A stretch of 36,829 nucleotides of DNA, taken from IMG/VR virus record IMGVR_UViG_3300044517_000015, positions 1 through 36,829 of that record; one strand, written 5' to 3'. The stretch's first letter is position 1. Each line of letters begins with the position of its first letter. Positions 34,919-36,829 of this stretch are shown in pieces. This DNA comes from a virus (taxonomy: Duplodnaviria > Caudoviricetes). Under the pieces are notes generated by a model. That model searched no databases. It was not told the origin of the DNA and was given only the letters and a program-made list of their open reading frames with translations. Position numbers and translations under genes: made by a program.

Positions 34919-35227
34919 TTGCTCATCTTCGAATTCCCACAGGAGGGGCACTTGACAAGCATAGTATATTTTGCCTGTCAAGCATTCGCTTGACCACATG
35001 CAACTCAGGAAGAAGCGTCGAACCGGAGTTTCTAGCGACTCTACCGGCCAGCCAGGGGAGCAATCCCCCGCAAGCGGAGGTAACCCTTCTAGGGGTGAGC
35101 GGAAACGCAAACCATGATTGCTATGTCATTCAGCTAACGATCCAGTTAGTCCCCTAGGGCTTAGGAACAAACGCCATTCCTGGGCGAATAAACATTCACC
35201 TAAAAGTCAGAGTTGCACCCCGCAGTT

Positions 35228-35287
35228 ATCGCTCAGCGATCAGAGTCTGATCGCTGAGCGATCGGTCAGCGACCCGGGTCGCTGACC
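35228..35287. repeat. two adjacent perfect palindromes
   Basis: 17-bp arms around one base (35228-35262) and a 24-bp palindrome (35264-35287). Confidence 0.85.
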
Positions 35288-35880
35288 TTTGACTTTTATT
35301 CTGGGGTGTGCGCGCCCGCCAGCGCCCCTATGATAGGGCGACTGGCGGCGCGCGATGCAAGCTTTTGGGGTTGGTTTTGGTTTTCTCAAAGTCAGAGCCA
35401 AAAAAAACCTTACCACTACATAAGCGCTCGGTGGTAAGATCGCCGCGCAGCGTTTTTCTCGATCGGCGAACGGCGTTGCTTCGGGCGAGCTGGCAGACCC
35501 CTGAACAGCTCGCCGATCACTCCTGCTATACTCCTCCCAACGTAGAGCGATTACTCCTGATGTCACCGGCCCCGGTTCTCCATTACCCGGGGCCTTCGTT
35601 TTATCGGACACTCGGGATCGGACGGCAGGAAAAGTTGGCGCCCGGCGTCGCCGCAAGGCGGCGACGGTCAACCTCCCCCCGGGGTGTTACAGCGTTACCA
35701 CCCGCTCTTTAACAATGTTACTCAATGTTTTCAGTAATTTACGAGCACGTTACATCACGTTAAACGTCACGGTCGGGCGCATGTAAGACTTCCCCGCGCG
35801 CGTGAATGCTGAAAATGCTAAAAATCGGCCGCTTAGGGAAGGGAGTCGGGGCAGTGCGTAAATATCCTGGTTTCAATGTC

Positions 35881-35908
35881 GCTTTACATAATGCTTCTTA
35901 TCGGACAG
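35881..35908 (-). other. dif-like XerC/XerD site
   Basis: Minus strand CTGTCCGATAA GAAGCA TTATGTAAAGC: 11-6-11 layout with a TTATGTAAA XerD-type arm. Confidence 0.7.
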
Positions 35909-36072
35909 TAGGTTCGCCACGCGCGTCCCATTTTCCCTCGCCCCTGGTGTTTGGCTCGCGCGCATCCTACGATCACACTCGCCCTGGTATGAATGAGTGC
36001 GCACAATGGCATCTGGTGGCCACCAGGGACGCTCGCGCGTTCTTTAGCCTTGCAGGTGATATTTCGGACAAC

Positions 36073-36109
36073 AAAAAAGCCCCTGCAGTTTTGCGGCCTG
36101 CAGGGGCTT
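36073..36109 (-). terminator. rho-independent terminator
   Basis: GCCCCTGCAG stem followed by a T6 run on the minus strand, just after the stop at 36115. Confidence 0.8.
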
Positions 36110-36114
36110 GGTGT

Positions 36115-36567
36115 TTATTCCATCTGAGTACGGCTGAGTTGCTCCTCGATTGTTTCCGGCAAAACGTCCGAACCGTTGGTATCGATAAACCAGCGTATAC
36201 GCTTTGCTGCCACCTGTGCGCGCTCGTATTGGCCTTTCGCTTGGTTGTAATCGTTCTTGTAGCGCGTAGGCCAATTTTGCACGTAAAACAATCGATCGCC
36301 CTGATATTCATCCAATTGCAATAGCTCTAACGCTTTGTGCTCGACATCGTCGTAGTTGTGATATTCGGGGTGGCCACCCAAAATAACCGCCCATCCGCCT
36401 AAGCAACATGCTTTTCCGCAGGGGGCATAATAAATGTGATCGAATCCGTTATCGGATTCAAACGTTGTGCGCCATCCGGCACTGTCTAAGATCCAGGAGT
36501 TCATATGCAATCTGTTAGGCAATTGTGTGATGTGTTCGGAAACTTGCAATAGCAATTCAACGTTCAT
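36115..36567 (-). CDS. phage hypothetical protein
   Basis: M..W...CGKACCLGGWA...A.ELL.L......LFY motif pattern; ATG 36567. Confidence 0.7.
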   Translation of the reverse strand: MNVELLLQVSEHITQLPNRLHMNSWILDSAGWRTTFESDNGFDHIYYAPCGKACCLGGWAVILGGHPEYHNYDDVEHKALELLQLDEYQGDRLFYVQNWPTRYKNDYNQAKGQYERAQVAAKRIRWFIDTNGSDVLPETIEEQLSRTQME

Positions 36568-36602
36568 TTGGTTTTCCCTTTCAAAGGAATTGAGTACAGC
36601 TT

Positions 36603-36628
36603 GCAACGTCCTGTCACCAGGACGTTGC
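36603..36628 (-). promoter_or_regulatory. intergenic hairpin with GNRA loop
   Basis: GCAACGTCCTG-GTGA-CAGGACGTTGC, a perfect 11-bp stem with no U-tract. Confidence 0.5.
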
Positions 36629-36654
36629 CCGCCACGCTCAACCTTAGAAAGGAA

Positions 36655-36829
36655 TCAAATCCGCATCTTCATAGTGCACGTGGTTTTCATCATCTCATCA
36701 TCATCATTGAAATAATCCGCATCAGCGAAAAGACCATCTGGCTCTGATGCCATGACATCAGCGATTTCCGCCAGTGTCATGCCCGTACCATCATTCAATG
36801 ACATCAGGCTGTCGATTCCACCGTCTGTC
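36655..36829 (-). CDS. 3' end of a hypothetical protein (partial)
   Basis: SLMSLNDGTGMTLAEIADVMASEPDGLF, an LND...T..EIAD motif; enters from the right edge. Confidence 0.65.
   Translation of the reverse strand, partial: TDGGIDSLMSLNDGTGMTLAEIADVMASEPDGLFADADYFNDDDEMMKTTCTMKMRI

Noticed and set aside
35240-35712. ORFs 35240-35671 (-) and 35308-35712 (+)
   Set aside because: No clear RBS or motif, and they lie in a palindrome-rich region. The minus ORF could be a rep-gene relic but I cannot support that.

Overview
This window is most of the genome of a temperate, short-tailed (podovirus-like) dsDNA phage, with nearly all genes on the minus strand. From right to left it holds: early-type small genes; a ~1 kb non-coding region with palindromes, a dif-like site and stem-loops; many small ORFs including an HNH protein; terminase large subunit, portal, scaffold and an N4-gp56-like major capsid followed by a coupled histidine phosphatase; adaptor, two fibre genes with paralogous N-termini that flank a glycosyltransferase and a methyltransferase, a nozzle protein and three ejection-type proteins (one with an SLT domain); a short divergent plus-strand module; a Xis-like gene, a tyrosine integrase and an apparently intact attP; and a recombination/replication module (DGQQR/ParB-like, ERF, PD-(D/E)XK nuclease, DUF1376-like protein with internal 11-bp repeats). 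The most unusual items are a 107-aa Tat-signal protein carrying a diverged copy of the major capsid N-terminus plus a portal-like motif, the fibre-GT-MTase-fibre cassette, the dif-like site, and two candidate structured RNAs. Family names come from motif recognition by eye, not from database searches. Several starts were moved from the ORF track using RBS and stop/start overlaps.
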